From: Promethearchaeota archaeon
GTDB taxonomy: Archaea; Asgardarchaeota; Thorarchaeia; Thorarchaeales; Thorarchaeaceae
Reading direction: 5' to 3'
DNA length: 25,519 nucleotides
Assembly (NCBI GenBank): GCA_027031765.1
Contig: JALVPN010000196.1
Coordinates: 1 to 25,519 of the forward strand
The notes beneath the pieces were generated by a model. The model did no database searches and was not told where the DNA came from. It saw only the letters and a program-made list of their open reading frames with translations. A program made the position numbers and the translations under genes. Shown one piece after another: positions 23,392 to 25,519 of the stretch. Position 1 is the stretch's first letter, and every line of letters starts with the position of its first letter.

Positions 23392-25260
23392 TCACGTGTC
23401 GAACTCGACGAGGGCTGCACCGGAGGGCATCATATACACTGTTGCGTGTGTCGGTGCAGTGTCGGCACGCCCCTCTCTGCGACGCCCTCCTGGGGTGGTG
23501 GCCTCGCCTCCCTCCCCGCCTGTCAACCACACTGTGACCGGCCCGCTCTTGAGTACTCTGTCCCAGGTCCTACCGATTGCCGTGAGGCGCCACACCACGA
23601 CAGTGTTGTCCCACGACCCGGAATAGAGGTCGGTATCGTCAACGGCAAGGGCCACCACCGAGTCTGAGTGTGCTTCAAGTGTGGTCACGTGCTCCCACGA
23701 GCCCTTCCGCCAGACCCGCACGCTACTGTCCCACGACGCCGAGTACAGGTACCTGTCGTCTGTGGCAAGGGCTGCCACATAGTTGGAGTGTCCCTCAAGT
23801 GTCGCCTCCTGCTCCCACGAGCCCTTCCGCCAGACCGATACCTTGGTGCCGGCACCCGCATACAGTGACTCCCCGTCCACCGCCAGTGCCGAGACCGCAG
23901 CAGGCCCGGGCCTGAGCTCATCGAGCTGCCACCACTCGCCACGTACCCACACTCCCACCGTACCGTCCTCGGAACCGGTGTATATGGCATGGTCGTCAAC
24001 AGCCAGCGCCTGCACGGCGTCCCAGTGCCCCGCAAGGCCCGCCACATGCTCCCACGAGTGCAGACGCCACACGCTCGCGGTGGTGTCATCAGACCCGCAG
24101 TACAGGAACTCGTCGTCAACGGCCAGTGCCGTTACCGGGGCTGAGTGGGCATGGAGCGTGATGACCGGTGCACGGCTGTCACGGCCCCAGACCACCACGG
24201 TGCCGTCATCAGAGCCGGAGTACAGGTGGTCCCTGTCAACTGCGAGGGCCCGTATCCCTGCGGACTGTCCTCTGAGCACAGCGGTGCGGGCCCATGCCCC
24301 CTTCTGCCACACGGCAACGGTCTGGTCACTGGAACCGGAGTAGAGGTTGTCACCGTCCACCGCCAGGGCACACACCCATGCTGAGTGAGCACACAGGGAT
24401 GTCACGTGCTCCCACGACCCCCTGCGCCACACGGCCACACCCCTGTCGTCAGACCCGGAGTAGAGGTGGTCAGCATCGACCGCGAGGGCGTTGACCGCCA
24501 GCAGGTGGGCCCTGAACCTTGCAGCTTCTTGCAGGGTGTCCCGTTGCCACACGACAATGTCCCCGAACGTGCCGGCATAGAGGTACTGGTCGTCCGCCAA
24601 CAGGGCCGTGATAGTGGTGGCCCCGGTGTCCAGCACTGCGGTCTTCTCCCACGAGTCCCTGTCCCAGACGAGGACCCTGCCGTCCTCGTCCCCGCTGTAC
24701 ACAGCACCGCTGTCCGTTGCGATGGCCGTGACAGGCCCGCCGTTCCCCCTGAGCGTGGCGACGACGTCCCACGAGTCCCTGTTCCAGACGAGGACCCTGC
24801 CGTCCTCGTCCCCGGAGTACAGCGACTCGCCGTCCACTGCAAGGGACGACAGCAGTCCGACGCCAGCAAGCGTCGTTGCCTTGTCCCACGAGCCGCGGCA
24901 CCACACTCCAACTGTGTCGTCGTCGGACTCTGCGTACAGGTATCTGTCGTCCATGGCGAGCGCGTAGACTGGGCCTGGGCTTGCCCTGAGTGTGGCCATT
25001 TCGGTCCACGGCCGGCGCGCCCATACGTGGACTGTGCCGTCCTCGCAGGCAAGGGCAAGCGAGCGGCTGTCACCAGCAAGGCGTGTGAGTGGCGACCTGT
25101 GGAGGAGGGCCATTCCTACTCGGTGGCGTTGCTTCTCCCAGAAGAGGACGCTGCCATCACTGGACGCCGATATTACGTAGTCGTTGTCCGTGTCGATGCC
25201 CACTACTGGAGCCGTGTGCCCGAGCGTCCTGCGGACAACAATACCTCTTGACCTCTGCAT
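23392..25260 (-). CDS. WD40-repeat protein, 14 repeats (probable double 7-bladed beta-propeller)
   Basis: 622 aa. I count 14 units of 39-40 aa with consensus VxALAVDxxxLYSGSxDxTVxVWxxxSWExxxxLxxH. There is no signal peptide, and a ~60-aa non-repeat C-tail follows. Confidence 0.93.
   Translation of the reverse strand: MQRSRGIVVRRTLGHTAPVVGIDTDNDYVISASSDGSVLFWEKQRHRVGMALLHRSPLTRLAGDSRSLALACEDGTVHVWARRPWTEMATLRASPGPVYALAMDDRYLYAESDDDTVGVWCRGSWDKATTLAGVGLLSSLAVDGESLYSGDEDGRVLVWNRDSWDVVATLRGNGGPVTAIATDSGAVYSGDEDGRVLVWDRDSWEKTAVLDTGATTITALLADDQYLYAGTFGDIVVWQRDTLQEAARFRAHLLAVNALAVDADHLYSGSDDRGVAVWRRGSWEHVTSLCAHSAWVCALAVDGDNLYSGSSDQTVAVWQKGAWARTAVLRGQSAGIRALAVDRDHLYSGSDDGTVVVWGRDSRAPVITLHAHSAPVTALAVDDEFLYCGSDDTTASVWRLHSWEHVAGLAGHWDAVQALAVDDHAIYTGSEDGTVGVWVRGEWWQLDELRPGPAAVSALAVDGESLYAGAGTKVSVWRKGSWEQEATLEGHSNYVAALATDDRYLYSASWDSSVRVWRKGSWEHVTTLEAHSDSVVALAVDDTDLYSGSWDNTVVVWRLTAIGRTWDRVLKSGPVTVWLTGGEGGEATTPGGRRREGRADTAPTHATVYMMPSGAALVEFDT
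23691..23836 (-). repeat. Nucleotide-identical segments in adjacent WD40 repeats 12 and 13
   Basis: GCTCCCACGAGCCCTTCCGCCAGACC occurs at 23691-23716 and 23811-23836 (120-bp period). Confidence 0.85.
24648..24814 (-). repeat. Near-identical segments in adjacent WD40 repeats 4 and 5
   Basis: 47-bp copies at 24648-24694 and 24768-24814 differ at one position (120-bp period). Confidence 0.85.
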
Positions 25261-25519
25261 GTGTTCCCTCGTGTGCGTCCCCGGATGTACTTATTGGGTC
25301 TCCGGACGCGGCCGTGACACCATGCAGGGCAGGACCAGTGGTCTGGGTGAGGGGTCTGTTCAGCAGAAGAACTCGTGTTCGAGGACTCTCTCGTCACCAT
25401 CAACCGTCATCCTGCGGCCAAGCCTCCCACGCCTGCCAGTTGCGCCCTCCTCAGTCTAACACGTGAATATGAATTTGGTCAGGGCCATGCGTCGCGGCAA
25501 AGCTGATCGCTAATGAACG

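Noticed and set aside
23300-23394. Selenocysteine/UGA read-through at TGA-terminated genes (for example the WD40 gene)
   Set aside because: The TGA codons fall at natural protein ends, the downstream frames are not protein-like, and no SECIS-like element was recognised.
25261-25519. Short ORFs at the right edge (for example MTVDGDERVLEHEFFC on the minus strand)
   Set aside because: Too short and without recognisable homology; cannot be supported from this window.

Overview
High-GC, gene-dense archaeal chromosomal segment. The gene mix (Mer, NreA, EndoQ, COG1202-type helicase, V4R-domain regulator, cytoplasmic WD40 propeller, GGAGG/GGTGA ribosome-binding sites, TTG/GTG starts) points to an Asgard, possibly Thorarchaeota-like, genome; this is inference, not a search result. 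The window opens with the probable right end of an IS5-family (IS903-like) element. It then carries a CopB-type P1B ATPase, two convergent putative regulators (AbrB-ACT-like and RHH-V4R-like), membrane proteins, a double-T2SSF pilus platform gene and nreA. Next come an apparent operon of a catalytically dead Zn-alcohol-dehydrogenase homologue, EndoQ and an OB-fold protein, then mer with a coupled degenerate GNAT-like gene, and a beta-CASP nuclease with Val at motif C. The far end holds small Zn-finger genes, a run of a helical unknown, a degenerate methyltransferase-like gene and an SF2 helicase, and a 14-repeat WD40 protein. No rRNA, tRNA or CRISPR array was found. The best candidates for undescribed biology are the pseudo-dehydrogenase/EndoQ/OB operon, the helicase-linked gene pair and the possibly DNA-acting beta-CASP. 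All protein family calls are by-eye motif recognition; no database search was run.
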